Source: a virus (Duplodnaviria > Caudoviricetes). Taken from it: a stretch of 38,735 nucleotides of DNA. Below are positions 17,925-27,969 of this stretch, piece by piece (within the stretch, counting starts at the first letter, position 1; each line of letters starts with the position of its first letter). The DNA lies in IMG/VR virus record IMGVR_UViG_3300049857_000025, positions 1-38,735 of that record. One strand, 5' to 3'. Position numbers and translations under genes: made by a program. The notes under the pieces are model-generated. The model was not told the DNA's origin. It worked only from the letters and a program-made list of their open reading frames with translations, and made no database searches.

Positions 17925-19049
17925 TTATGATACCGCCACACATCTAAATTTGTTAGTTGCAGTATTAAATATGAAACCAACATCAATTCTAACCGCATTA
18001 GGTGCCAATGTAGGTAAAATGGCGGAACCACTTGATTCAAAATAAGAAGAATTCCAAGATAAATTTCTATCGGCACCACTTGCTGTAATTGAAACAATTA
18101 AAGATTGTTGACTTGTAGGTGTTCCTGTGAAAATTATTGCAGTCGCAATATTACCTGCTAAAGAAGTTAAAATATATGAATCATAATTATCAGCATCGAT
18201 GCTTGGAGCAGTATTACTTGCGGTTGAATAAACTCTTTTAGTAATTCTTTTATTAGTTAATTCAATTACATTTGTTGATGTTACATCGCTAGGAACTGTT
18301 GTAATTTTTATTAATCTCCATTTTGAATCAACACTATTCCAAACAAATTCCATATCACAACGACCAAAACTAAATGTTGAACTAGGTAATGGAATACCAC
18401 TAGCTTGAAATTTATTTCCCCATGAAATTGTTCTTGTTACGCCATTATCTGTAATTGCAATATTAAGTTTTTCGCCTTCCGCAGGTGTTCCTGTTACATT
18501 CGCATTTGAAAATGTAGTATTCGCAGCCAATGCAGTTAATATATAATAATCGTAATCATCAGTGTTAAATGTTGGTGTCGCATTACTAACTTCTGATAAA
18601 ATTCTTGGTTGAATCCTTTTATTTGTTAAAGTATTTGTAGATGTTGGTGAAAATGAACCAGTTGATGATTCTGAAATAGAAATTAAAGCCCATTTAGATG
18701 TAGCAACATTCCATAAAAATCTCATTGTCATTTTTACAGAAACAGTAGTTGTTGTCGGTAAAGATAAACCACTTGATTCAAAATTTGACCCTAATGTAAT
18801 TGCTCTAGCAGTACCATCATCTTTAATAGAAATTAAAAGTTCTTGGCCTCTAACTGGTGCGCCTGTAATAGTAAAAGATGTCAAAGCAACGGCCAATGCA
18901 GTAATTTCGTGAATATCAATATTATCACTATTTATGCTAGGAGTTGCATTACTAGATTCTGCGCTTGATCTCTTTGTAATACGCATCCGCTTTGCTTCAC
19001 CACGGTTCTGCAAATCAATACCAGAATAAAACAATTCTTCGTCAGCCAT
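17925..19049 (-). CDS. Fibre protein with three tandem ~120-aa beta-rich repeats
   Basis: Three copies of SNATPxxNxDxYD...TALA...TGxP...I.DxG..R.I.W...F..SG..LP...F.WN...KW, joined by LTNKRI linkers. Confidence 0.78.
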   Translation of the reverse strand: MADEELFYSGIDLQNRGEAKRMRITKRSSAESSNATPSINSDNIDIHEITALAVALTSFTITGAPVRGQELLISIKDDGTARAITLGSNFESSGLSLPTTTTVSVKMTMRFLWNVATSKWALISISESSTGSFSPTSTNTLTNKRIQPRILSEVSNATPTFNTDDYDYYILTALAANTTFSNANVTGTPAEGEKLNIAITDNGVTRTISWGNKFQASGIPLPSSTFSFGRCDMEFVWNSVDSKWRLIKITTVPSDVTSTNVIELTNKRITKRVYSTASNTAPSIDADNYDSYILTSLAGNIATAIIFTGTPTSQQSLIVSITASGADRNLSWNSSYFESSGSAILPTLAPNAVRIDVGFIFNTATNKFRCVAVS

Positions 19050-19065
19050 TTTATTGCCTTTAAAA

Positions 19066-19090
19066 ATAGGGGGATTTTACTCCCCCATTA
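19066..19090 (-). terminator. Intrinsic terminator
   Basis: GGGGGA/TCCCCC stem (19069-19086) with a 6-nt loop, followed by TATTTTT on the minus strand, in an intergenic gap. Confidence 0.75.
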
Positions 19091-19099
19091 TTTTAGAAA

Positions 19100-19840
19100 T
19101 TAAATTCTTGAAACATGTACTGCTAATTCATCAGTTGTAAGTGGGGCGCCTGCAACATAGAATGTAACATTGTTTGCATCTGTGGCTTTCCAAGTAATTT
19201 CAACCTTAGTATAAGGCGAAGCATTTAATCTTGCAGTTACAGAAACATTTTGAGTATTCAAAGCATGGTTGTAAACTGGATTTTGTGTAGCGCCATCGCC
19301 AATAGTACCATTTGAAAACTTAGTACCTAAGTTTGTGGCTAATTTAAGAGGTGTAACAATTCTTAAATCATCAGTACCAGTATTTGTTTCTGCTTGTGTC
19401 GCAAGTTCAGCAATACCTGCGGTTATTTCACTTGCCGATGGAATTGAACTTGTAGTTGTAACATCAATCAAGCGCCATTTAGAAGTAACAGTATTCCAAC
19501 GGAAAAGAATATCCATTCTTTCAGAAATGATTGTTGTTGTTGGAAGTGCTTCGGCGCTTGCTTCAAATGCAGAACCCCATGCAATTGTTCTTGCTGTGCC
19601 ATCGTCTGTAATTGAAACTACTAATTCATCAGCATCATTCGGTGTACCAGTTAAATTTGTTGTGAATGATGTAATGTTTGCGGCTAATGCTGTGATTGAA
19701 TAATAATCAACAACATCAGTATTGATTGTTGGTGTTGCACTAGATGCAACTGTACCAGTTCTTTTTAGGTGTCTAAAATTTTTAGATAAACCTCTGTTTT
19801 GTCCATCAATACCACTGTAAAAAAGTTCCTCGTTTGCCAT
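19100..19840 (-). CDS. Fibre protein, paralogue of 17925..19049
   Basis: Same N-terminal peptide and one copy of the ~120-aa repeat, then the tail-fibre repeat AGIAELATQAETNTGTDDLRIVTPLKL and a C-terminal beta domain. Confidence 0.78.
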   Translation of the reverse strand: MANEELFYSGIDGQNRGLSKNFRHLKRTGTVASSATPTINTDVVDYYSITALAANITSFTTNLTGTPNDADELVVSITDDGTARTIAWGSAFEASAEALPTTTIISERMDILFRWNTVTSKWRLIDVTTTSSIPSASEITAGIAELATQAETNTGTDDLRIVTPLKLATNLGTKFSNGTIGDGATQNPVYNHALNTQNVSVTARLNASPYTKVEITWKATDANNVTFYVAGAPLTTDELAVHVSRI

Positions 19841-19880
19841 ACCTAAAGCCTTTCGGAAAAAATATAATTAATAAAAAAAA

Positions 19881-20297
19881 CTACGCCAAAACAACAAGTC
19901 TAAATTCGTTTAAAGTTGGTGGTGTACCTGCAAAATCAATATACACATTAGTAACATCGTTTCTTATTGTGCAATTTGCTTTTGAACCATCAGAAATTTT
20001 TCTGACATACGGTATAATATCGGCTGTCGCACGCCCATGCGCAATGATAAAAGAAAGCAAGACGCCATTTCCAAAACTTGCTGTGAACTTAGATCCACCG
20101 CCCCCACCAGGAGGAATTTTCCAAGGTGTTACAGGATCATCAGAAAGAAATTTTGCACCTAAACCGTCAGCGGGATCATTAGCAGGAACTAATCCTTTTC
20201 TGCTTAATCCACCATCACCGCCAACAAAAACATCAAGTTCTTCGGTTAATTCCTTAGCGCTTAAATTCACCCAATTTATAGTTTTATCATCGCTCAT
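19881..20297 (-). CDS. Small fibre-associated protein
   Basis: Contains KGLVPA...KFLSDD..W and a Gly linker, then a C-terminal domain (FGNG...IAHG...) similar to the C-terminus of 19100..19840. Confidence 0.65.
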   Translation of the reverse strand: MSDDKTINWVNLSAKELTEELDVFVGGDGGLSRKGLVPANDPADGLGAKFLSDDPVTPWKIPPGGGGGSKFTASFGNGVLLSFIIAHGRATADIIPYVRKISDGSKANCTIRNDVTNVYIDFAGTPPTLNEFRLVVLA

Positions 20298-20309
20298 AAT
20301 TAACCTCTA

Positions 20310-20663
20310 TTAAACAATTACAACACTGTCAGATTCAATTTCATATACTAAAACACTAAATCTAAAATCGCCTTCAATGATGTTTGTAATTCCTTGAATA
20401 CGCATTAACCTCGTATCAAACATTATAACATCAGTCTGGTCAAACTCAAAACCAATATTGAAACGAGTCTTTATTTTATAACTGTTAATCGTTTCAATCT
20501 TTCTATCGTGATATTGCTCGTCGTTGCCCGATGGGTCGTTGCCCGACACTTGGCACCAACATTCACCTTTTAAAGTAAATGTTTCTATCTGTCCGCCACA
20601 ATTATCATCAGGATTATTTTTACTATACACTTTAATCCTATGTTTTAATTCTCCTGCTTTCAT
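20310..20663 (-). CDS. Head closure / head-tail adaptor (SPP1 gp16-like)
   Basis: MKAGELKHRI...DD..GG...W signature; follows the connector gene. Confidence 0.88.
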   Translation of the reverse strand: MKAGELKHRIKVYSKNNPDDNCGGQIETFTLKGECWCQVSGNDPSGNDEQYHDRKIETINSYKIKTRFNIGFEFDQTDVIMFDTRLMRIQGITNIIEGDFRFSVLVYEIESDSVVIV

Positions 20664-21316
20664 ACTTCTATCTGCCTATAAGAATCAAGAATACTTTCAC
20701 ACATTTCAGATAATTCACCGATTTTCTCTCTTTGTTCATACCATTGCTGCGCATTTTGCATGATAGCAATCTTTATATCATCAGGTACCGCGGCCGCATT
20801 TGCCCAACCTGCGGTATATTTAATTTTGTATTGAGTAAAAAACCGTGCATTTTCAACAATAGTCGTGTCTGGTTTAAACACCACGCGCGATGACTGTAAA
20901 GTATCTTCACGGTCTAAACGGTATAAAGTATTTGAAATAACATGCGCATTGTCGTTTTGATCATAGAAAACAACTTCGTCAATTGATGTTATTTTAATAT
21001 TATGAAGTTCAATAGCGTATTCTTGATAAATATCAGATAGAAAATAACTGCGAAAATTAAGACCAACATTTGAAATGGTGTTTTCACTACCTGCATCTTC
21101 TTTTTGTTGCCATTGTCTTGTGATGAATCCACCTCGTACATATCTTTCACACAATTTTGTAGAGGCATTGATTAGTGTTTGTATTAAAGTATCTTCATAG
21201 GTGCCATCAATACGGCTAAATAATTTTTGTTCTGCTAATGTAACAGGATATAAAATAGGCGTTAATTCTTTGATGTCTAATCCTGCGGTAAAACTTTTAT
21301 TTGAAATGATACCCAT
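20660..21316 (-). CDS. Head-tail connector (HK97 gp6 / SPP1 gp15-like)
   Basis: PVTLAE.K..SRID...ED.LI..LI.A and YTAGW...VPDDIKIAI......WYEQRE motifs. Confidence 0.9.
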   Translation of the reverse strand: MGIISNKSFTAGLDIKELTPILYPVTLAEQKLFSRIDGTYEDTLIQTLINASTKLCERYVRGGFITRQWQQKEDAGSENTISNVGLNFRSYFLSDIYQEYAIELHNIKITSIDEVVFYDQNDNAHVISNTLYRLDREDTLQSSRVVFKPDTTIVENARFFTQYKIKYTAGWANAAAVPDDIKIAIMQNAQQWYEQREKIGELSEMCESILDSYRQIEV

Positions 21317-21344
21317 TAAAAGACACCTAAATAAATATATAAAA

Positions 21345-21380
21345 AATACCCTATTAGGTGATTAATACTAATAGGGTATT
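21345..21380 (-). terminator. Intrinsic terminator after the capsid/decoration genes
   Basis: Perfect 13-bp inverted repeat AATACCCTATTAG/CTAATAGGGTATT with a 10-nt loop and a T-run on the minus strand. Confidence 0.78.
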
Positions 21381-21397
21381 AATAAAATCAAACTATC

Positions 21398-21784
21398 TTA
21401 GCGTTCGTCTCTTTCGCAAACCGCTAATGCACAACCACTCAAAACAACAGTACCCAAAGTAACCAACCTAGCATATTTTTGATTCTCTGAATCGACTCCA
21501 CTAATACCAATTTTCACGATTTGGTCATCAGCGTTGATTTGTACTGGTGCGTTGGGGCGTATCACATACTTTTCATCAAGGTCAGTCCATACCGAATTAT
21601 CTACCGATACTTGAACCTTAAAAGTCATAGTCCCACTTGTGTAAGCATTACAAAAGAAAACCCACGCAAGGGCCATCAATCCTTTTAAAGGGATTGATTC
21701 ACCGTTTGTGGTAGTTGTAAATGCTTGTTGATCTAAGCCTTTTAGAAAGCTTAAAGGTGTTGCAATTTTATCATAATTAGGCAT
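21398..21784 (-). CDS. Probable capsid decoration/cement protein
   Basis: Directly follows the capsid gene with a strong AAGGAGG RBS; beta-rich pattern TTTTNG...VQVS.D..VW.D...KYARL. Confidence 0.6.
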   Translation of the reverse strand: MPNYDKIATPLSFLKGLDQQAFTTTTNGESIPLKGLMALAWVFFCNAYTSGTMTFKVQVSVDNSVWTDLDEKYVIRPNAPVQINADDQIVKIGISGVDSENQKYARLVTLGTVVLSGCALAVCERDER

Positions 21785-21815
21785 TGTATTGCCCTCCTTC
21801 TTTAGTAAAAAATGA

Positions 21816-22988
21816 TTACGCTTTAACTCTTAAAACTTTCATTGATTCAGCAAGTGTTACTTTACCACCAACACGCTTTTTAAACAAGAATTCAACCATG
21901 CCATCAAGCTTGTTTGAATATGGGTCACGAAGCACTGACATACCGATACGGTCAATGATACGGTATGTTTTAAACATATCACCGTAACCAACCAATTTGT
22001 CACCGGCAGCTTTTGTAGTTGTCATGCTTGGCATTTCTACCCAAGGTGTACCTAAAAGCACATAGCTGATACCGGCTGTTTGTCCAGTATTCAAAAGATA
22101 CTGACCGTCAGAACCTTTGAATTTACGGATTGTTGCAAGTTGTTTTCTGTTACCAAAGAAATTTGCACCATTCACATAGGCAGATTTCAAAGAGAACATC
22201 AATTCAATCAAATCGTCAGCCACAAACACACTTGATGTTGCGGTGTCAATGACTTCAATATCAGAATTTGTTAGCCAACCTTCTGGTTGAGTAACATTGT
22301 TACCCAAAGTGAAAGCCAAGTTTTCTGTATATGAAAATGCTTCGGCAGCATCCATGTTCATTTCAGTTTCCATGTTTACAAAAGAATCTTGCAACAATTC
22401 GTCAGAAATAGGCACACAAGTTGTCAAACCATGCGTTGCAATTTCTGCTTGACCGTATGTTGACGCGTCTTTTTGTGTAGTTCCTTGCTCGCCTGTCCAC
22501 TTACCAGTAAGCAAAGTTTTTCTTTTTTGATAAATCAAAGAACGACCACTAATTGCAGTTACGCGTGCGTACTGTCTCATTGGGTCCATTTCAGTGATAT
22601 TTTTAATGATAGAATTTTCAAATTCAGGGCGTAACAAATAACCACCCATTGTTGCATCACCTGCAATCAATTTGGCTTTTGTTTCACTGAACAATAAGTT
22701 CTTTTGTTCAACTGACATTTGTTCTAAACCGCTCTTGCAATAAGATTCAAAAGCACCCTTGTAAACAAGGTTCTTTTGTTCTGTTTCAGAAAGGTCTTTT
22801 TTGGTTTCCATAGTCAGCTTCAACTTTTTATATTCTGCTTCAATGGTGTCTAACTGCTTACCAAGCTTATCAACCTTTTCATCAGACAAGGCCGATTTCT
22901 TGGCTAGTGCTTCATCATTTTCTTTGCGGAAATCTGCGAAAGTCTTATTGAAAACTTCCTTCATTTCCTTTAAAATTGTTTCACTCAT
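21816..22988 (-). CDS. Major capsid protein, HK97 fold
   Basis: Coiled-coil delta domain, GGYLLRPEF, ISDELLQDS, ENLAFTLGN...PEG, K.SDGQYL and YGD..Y.I.DR.G..VLRDPY...RVGG. Confidence 0.96.
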   Translation of the reverse strand: MSETILKEMKEVFNKTFADFRKENDEALAKKSALSDEKVDKLGKQLDTIEAEYKKLKLTMETKKDLSETEQKNLVYKGAFESYCKSGLEQMSVEQKNLLFSETKAKLIAGDATMGGYLLRPEFENSIIKNITEMDPMRQYARVTAISGRSLIYQKRKTLLTGKWTGEQGTTQKDASTYGQAEIATHGLTTCVPISDELLQDSFVNMETEMNMDAAEAFSYTENLAFTLGNNVTQPEGWLTNSDIEVIDTATSSVFVADDLIELMFSLKSAYVNGANFFGNRKQLATIRKFKGSDGQYLLNTGQTAGISYVLLGTPWVEMPSMTTTKAAGDKLVGYGDMFKTYRIIDRIGMSVLRDPYSNKLDGMVEFLFKKRVGGKVTLAESMKVLRVKA

Positions 22989-23701
22989 TTTAAATTTTCC
23001 TTTAAAAAGTTTTTAAAATCTAATACTAACTTATTGTCAATTTCTTTAATGAGTTTTTCATCATCTTCTTTTTTGGTTGAGCTTGAAGGGTCAGCCTTTT
23101 GGAATTTGACTAAAAGATTATTAAATTGACTTACTGCTTGTGTGATAACTTCCACATCTTTACTTGTAGCGGATTCTAACGATTGTAAAACATAATTCAA
23201 GGCATCGGACATGCTACCGCCAACAATTTGTGATTTAATGCCTGTTATATTTGAGCCTTCATTCATCGGGAATGCCACTACCGAGACTTCATGCAAAGCG
23301 ATTTCTTTTAAGATTCTATTGCCGTCTTTATAGGCAACTTTCACTGCTTGATAACCAATAGAAAATCCTTTTACCGCACCCATTCCAACTAAAATACCTG
23401 CTTCTTTACCACGCTGAACGCCCTTAGCAACTTTACTTTTCAATGTTTCAAGACCTGATTTTGATTCAGTTAAATCAATAGTTCCTATTGGTTCTTTTAT
23501 ATCATGGCTCCAAAGCAAAGTTCTTTGCGATCCTTTTTGGTCAATAGTTCTGCGATAGGCGCCTTCCTCGATGATATCTCCACCCAAATCAGGTTTTCCA
23601 TCGTAAGGACTAACCATTCCTTTTAGAAAATAAAAATCATTATCTTCTTCAACGGCTTTAATTTCTGTAAAAAACTGCTTATATTCTAATATTTTGCTCA
23701 T
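22985..23701 (-). CDS. HK97-family prohead maturation protease
   Basis: DLGGDIIEEGAY, LLWSHD..EPIG, GFSIGY and LHEVSVVAFPMN (His and Ser catalytic motifs). Confidence 0.95.
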   Translation of the reverse strand: MSKILEYKQFFTEIKAVEEDNDFYFLKGMVSPYDGKPDLGGDIIEEGAYRRTIDQKGSQRTLLWSHDIKEPIGTIDLTESKSGLETLKSKVAKGVQRGKEAGILVGMGAVKGFSIGYQAVKVAYKDGNRILKEIALHEVSVVAFPMNEGSNITGIKSQIVGGSMSDALNYVLQSLESATSKDVEVITQAVSQFNNLLVKFQKADPSSSTKKEDDEKLIKEIDNKLVLDFKNFLKENLK

Positions 23702-25845
23702 GTGAAAAACTCCGCAAATTCTTCATCAATATAACCTACTGAGCATCGGCAATTGATGACATTGCCCGCGCTTGCACCAAGGCTTGAATCCCTTGGGAAT
23801 TGAAGTTTCTCATTACTAACACGAAAGAAATCATTAAGCCCAATATTTCCGTTTAGCATATCAACATTTCTGTGATTAAACTCACCTTTTGGTGATGTCG
23901 GGCGCGTGCGGTCATCATGTGTTGTCAGCCATTTTTGTTTAGCGGTTGGGTCTATCTTCTTTTGGCTTTCATGGCTTGCAAAACTCATACCACGAAGTGT
24001 TTCTGTCCGCGCAATACGCTCTGAACGCCACTGCGTCATGTCGTTATCATAAACACCTTGTATGTTTTTAGTGATGGCGTTTATATCAAGACCTTCTTTG
24101 GTTCCAAATTCAATTTCACTTATAATCATAGCTTTAGTTTCATCATTGACTTTTATTATTAGGTCTTTTAATTTAATATTATCAAAATAATTGTCAACAT
24201 AGCTTCCAAATTCTTCTTTGAAGTTTTTAAGTATATCAAATGCGGCTTCAATACGATTAGTTTCTTTTTTCTCTAATCCAATGCGCTTAAAAGTTTCTTC
24301 TTTATAATCTTTACGCGCTTTTAAAACATAGTCAAATGCAATGTCTTTATAAATAATATTATAAACTTCTTTTAATGCAGGTGTTGTTTGCTGAATAACG
24401 GAATCAACTGCATGGTTCATTTGCGAAGTATTATTTATGCCTTCCAAATTCTTTTTAATCTCTTTAATTTGATATTGGAAGTAATCAGCAAGCACACCAA
24501 CCGACTCGCTAATTGCACGGTCTTCATTCTTGGTGATTGCTTTTTGTTGAATTTCTAAATACTCTTTAACATCTATTTTGTTTAATGTTTTTACTTGCGG
24601 TGCCTGTTTTCCAAATGTTGGTATAACTGATTGTTGCCCTGCAATAATTTGCTCAAGTGTTTGACCGTTTATGATGATGAAATCGCCATTCTCAATAGCT
24701 TCTTGGCCTTTCATTCTGCGTTTTTCATTGATGGTAAGTTCATTAGATTTATCTATCTTATCCCACTCCGCTTTTTTCTGTTCTTGAATAGCCTGAACTT
24801 TTGAATTATCAATTTTAATAACCAAATCTTTACCATAGAACGGCACAATCCAATTATTAAGTCGCGTTACAAGTCCATTCAAAAGAGGATAAGCAACATC
24901 GTTATGCAAAGAGAGAATTGCTTGCGTGTAATTAGCGAATGTTTGGCTTTCGGTGTCGCCAATAAGTTGTGGCGCTATATTGTAAACGCTCGCAACCTCC
25001 CTTTTAGCAAATTTTACACCATTATTAAAATCAGTGTCCTTTGGAGACATTCCAGTTTGCTGATACTTCATTCCGCCTTGCAAAATCTTTTGTTTCCCTG
25101 CGTTTTTACTTCCGCTAGATGTATCTAACTGAATTTTCATTTCGTTTTGTTGTAATTTTGTTAATGTCCCTTCAACCGTATAAACTCCACTAGGATTAAC
25201 TCCATTTTGAAGTAATGCTATATTCCAACGATTAACTTCATTGATTAAATCAACATTCAAACCACACGCCATTAAAGGCGGTAATCCAATAACCTGATTT
25301 TCAGGATTAAATTTTTTACCGTGTAACATGTCTTTTGGATCAATTGGAATTGTAGAATTTTTAAATTGATAGCGATCAAGAACATTACCAAATGCGGTTG
25401 TTTTGGTAATGACATCAATTTGATATTGACTCATTACTTTTAACATTTGCGGTTTACCAACATTTAGGCCCATTGACGGAGCAATTTTATAGATAAAGCT
25501 ATTTCCAAAAAGCAATATATATGCAAAATATTCAGCTTCCCAATCTTTTATACCTTCATCTTCATCAGGATCAGGTTTTTCTAAAAGCTTTGTAAGATCA
25601 TTTGTAATTGGTTCGTTTTGATCGTCTTTGATGTTACAAACATACAAATCATTTTGCAATATCGCGCTAATAATCAAATCAATACATGAATGCACGCAAG
25701 AGTTTAGAATATACCCTTCACGCGATAAAACTTGAGGGTTATTTACTGAAAAAATACCATTAGTTCCTGAAACATCAGCGTAAAAAGATTTGCTTTGAGT
25801 CAATTTAGATGGTAATAAGTTTTTAAGAGATTTAAACCATTCCAT
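23698..25845 (-). CDS. Portal protein fused to a MuF / SPP1 gp7-like head morphogenesis domain (probable start MEWFK at 25845)
   Basis: The N-terminal ~400 aa is an HK97 portal (LLFGNSFI, GLPPL, NGVNPSG, VASVYNIAPQLIG, LTINEKR). The C-terminus reads RSERIARTET...KWLTTHDDRTR...H...FPRD...INCRC. Confidence 0.92.
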   Translation of the reverse strand: MEWFKSLKNLLPSKLTQSKSFYADVSGTNGIFSVNNPQVLSREGYILNSCVHSCIDLIISAILQNDLYVCNIKDDQNEPITNDLTKLLEKPDPDEDEGIKDWEAEYFAYILLFGNSFIYKIAPSMGLNVGKPQMLKVMSQYQIDVITKTTAFGNVLDRYQFKNSTIPIDPKDMLHGKKFNPENQVIGLPPLMACGLNVDLINEVNRWNIALLQNGVNPSGVYTVEGTLTKLQQNEMKIQLDTSSGSKNAGKQKILQGGMKYQQTGMSPKDTDFNNGVKFAKREVASVYNIAPQLIGDTESQTFANYTQAILSLHNDVAYPLLNGLVTRLNNWIVPFYGKDLVIKIDNSKVQAIQEQKKAEWDKIDKSNELTINEKRRMKGQEAIENGDFIIINGQTLEQIIAGQQSVIPTFGKQAPQVKTLNKIDVKEYLEIQQKAITKNEDRAISESVGVLADYFQYQIKEIKKNLEGINNTSQMNHAVDSVIQQTTPALKEVYNIIYKDIAFDYVLKARKDYKEETFKRIGLEKKETNRIEAAFDILKNFKEEFGSYVDNYFDNIKLKDLIIKVNDETKAMIISEIEFGTKEGLDINAITKNIQGVYDNDMTQWRSERIARTETLRGMSFASHESQKKIDPTAKQKWLTTHDDRTRPTSPKGEFNHRNVDMLNGNIGLNDFFRVSNEKLQFPRDSSLGASAGNVINCRCSVGYIDEEFAEFFT

Positions 25846-25905
25846 CGGCACGATTCTATATAATGTGGTTTTTTGCAAATTCTAACACAATTTTTTATTA
25901 ATCAA

Positions 25906-27435
25906 CTATAAAAGCAAAATACTTGGTTCGGTAGTATCTGTTAGTTTTCCTGTAAAAAATTGTAGGGCCTGCACAAAACTATCAACTTGATCGTCATGTG
26001 CGCCATTAGGGAAAATTGCTAATTCGCTTTTTAATACCGCCGACCAGTGGGCGTCAACTGGTAAAAACACTAATTCCTGTTCCACTGTTGGTGTTATAGA
26101 GTACGCGCGTGATACCTTATCGCGATCAGGATTAACTGGCAATATGATATTTTTTAAATAAGCATCTTGCTTTAATTCATCAATCAAACTTTGACCGCTT
26201 GCTTTATCCTCGATTACTAACTTATTTGGCTTATATCGCTTGGCAAGTTCGTGTATTTTTTCTTTTAGCTTAGGAAATTCTAGCCTCTCACGCAAAACAC
26301 TTTTTAAGTAGTAGGCTTCCTTTTCCTCGTGCATAAATCTATACCAAGTTGTGCAAACTGAATAGTCATTTTCCTCGCCTGTCTTAAATGCAGTATCAAC
26401 TGACATGATAATTTGCATTGGTTCAGGGTCTTCACCAAGATACCTAAATTTATTAATTTTAATTATATTACCACTTAATATTTGCGGTGATTGTTGGAAC
26501 TGTGCTTCAAATCCACGCTCTGTTAGTTTAACTAATTGCTTTTTTAGATAGTCCTCGCTCATTTTTGAAGGCCAAAGTAGTTCGCCTGTCTCGCGCGTGT
26601 GTATTAGTTTTCCTGTTAATGGGCTGTACCATTCCTCGCGCTCGGTTGCTCTAGCCTTTAGAATCAATTTTGTTACTGGTATATCTTTTTCTTTACTTAA
26701 AATATCCCCTGCAACATCTTGTGCATGGCCTCTTTGTTGCATGATTATTTTACGACTGGTTAAGAAATTATTTTCGCGTGTACTAAATACATTATTCCAA
26801 AATTCTAGTACATGCTCGCGAATTGTTTCGGAGTTAATATCATTCATGTCATTAAAATCGTCTGCAATAAGAATATCACCACCTAGACCAGTTGGTTTTG
26901 AATCTACAGATACGCTAACACGCTCACCTTGTATGGTATTTTGAAATAACTGCTTAGTATTTTGATCATTGCTTAACTGATATATTTCACCCCACCTTGC
27001 TTGATACCATCCGTTTTGTATAATACGACGGCATTTAGTGCTATGCCCAACTGCAAGTTTATAATTTGATGCACCGCAAATAAATTTTTCACCAGGGGTG
27101 TGCGTCCAGTGCCAAGTAGGAAGTGCAATGCTGATACAGATTGATTTCATACACCTTGGTGGCATACAAATAAGTAAATAATTTATGCGCCCATCATCAG
27201 ATAGACCTGAAAATTTATCGCGGTAAGCTTCATCAATAACCTTATTTTCTGATATGCACTGCAAATAATCACACAATAATTTTATATGCCAATTATCAAG
27301 AAACGGTGTTTTAGGCTCTATTAAATGCCAAATTTGCTTAGTGTAATGGTATAGACTTTTTTCAGCTAGTAGAATGTCAACGAATTCAGCATTAGCCTTC
27401 TTGGTCTGTGGTATCGGTGCCGTCATTGTCGCCAT
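25906..27435 (-). CDS. terL: Terminase large subunit
   Basis: MPPRCMKS (Walker A-like), ILIADD (Walker B), SVDTA, IEDKASG and FPNGAHDDQVDS (RNase H-like nuclease). Confidence 0.95.
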   Translation of the reverse strand: MATMTAPIPQTKKANAEFVDILLAEKSLYHYTKQIWHLIEPKTPFLDNWHIKLLCDYLQCISENKVIDEAYRDKFSGLSDDGRINYLLICMPPRCMKSICISIALPTWHWTHTPGEKFICGASNYKLAVGHSTKCRRIIQNGWYQARWGEIYQLSNDQNTKQLFQNTIQGERVSVSVDSKPTGLGGDILIADDFNDMNDINSETIREHVLEFWNNVFSTRENNFLTSRKIIMQQRGHAQDVAGDILSKEKDIPVTKLILKARATEREEWYSPLTGKLIHTRETGELLWPSKMSEDYLKKQLVKLTERGFEAQFQQSPQILSGNIIKINKFRYLGEDPEPMQIIMSVDTAFKTGEENDYSVCTTWYRFMHEEKEAYYLKSVLRERLEFPKLKEKIHELAKRYKPNKLVIEDKASGQSLIDELKQDAYLKNIILPVNPDRDKVSRAYSITPTVEQELVFLPVDAHWSAVLKSELAIFPNGAHDDQVDSFVQALQFFTGKLTDTTEPSILLL

Positions 27436-27940
27436 CTTGATTGTTTTCCTCGATTATTTCACCGCTTAAAATTGGGTCATTTAACAGCGGTGTTTTTTCT
27501 GAATTTATGCGGTTAGCTTTATCATATAATTCTTTTAACTTTTCTAAATCTTCAACCGATAAATTACTAGTGTCAATAGTGGTTTCTGTTTTAACTTTTT
27601 GACGATATGGAATTGCTTTGACACTCAGTACATCTTTGCGTCCCCATGTCTTAGTGTATCTTCTTTCTAGTATCCATGCTGCCGATTGCCAAGAATCATC
27701 TTGTTTTATTTTTTTAACTAATTCTTTTTGTCCATTTGCTAAAGCTTCTTTTATTTTTGATAAAAATTTACCATGAATAGAATCAGGTGTCTTTAAACCT
27801 AATCCCTTCCAAACATAGTATGTGTCATTACAAATTCCAACTGTTGCACAAGAATCTGTTATTGTCATACCAAGAGATAGGCACTCACAAATTTTTTCTA
27901 TCAGTTCATCATTAATTTTTGGTGGTTGTCCTACTGGCAT
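27392..27940 (-). CDS. terS: Terminase small subunit
   Basis: N-terminal HTH (G.PPKI..ELIEKIC..L..G......C..VGI...TYY.W) and WQSAAWILERRY; overlaps the terL start. Confidence 0.82.
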   Translation of the reverse strand: MPVGQPPKINDELIEKICECLSLGMTITDSCATVGICNDTYYVWKGLGLKTPDSIHGKFLSKIKEALANGQKELVKKIKQDDSWQSAAWILERRYTKTWGRKDVLSVKAIPYRQKVKTETTIDTSNLSVEDLEKLKELYDKANRINSEKTPLLNDPILSGEIIEENNQDGDNDGTDTTDQEG

Positions 27941-27969
27941 AAAAACCTTTTAATTATCTTTTTATAGGA

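Noticed and set aside
5220-19840. Diversity-generating retroelement or invertible tail-fibre switch
   Set aside because: There is no reverse transcriptase or invertase in the window, and I saw no near-identical TR/VR pair differing at adenines. The fibre repeats are diverged at synonymous sites.
20521-20546. Tandem TCGTTGCCCGA duplication in the head-closure gene (SGNDPSGND)
   Set aside because: It is a small in-frame duplication with a 15-bp period and no sign of a wider system.
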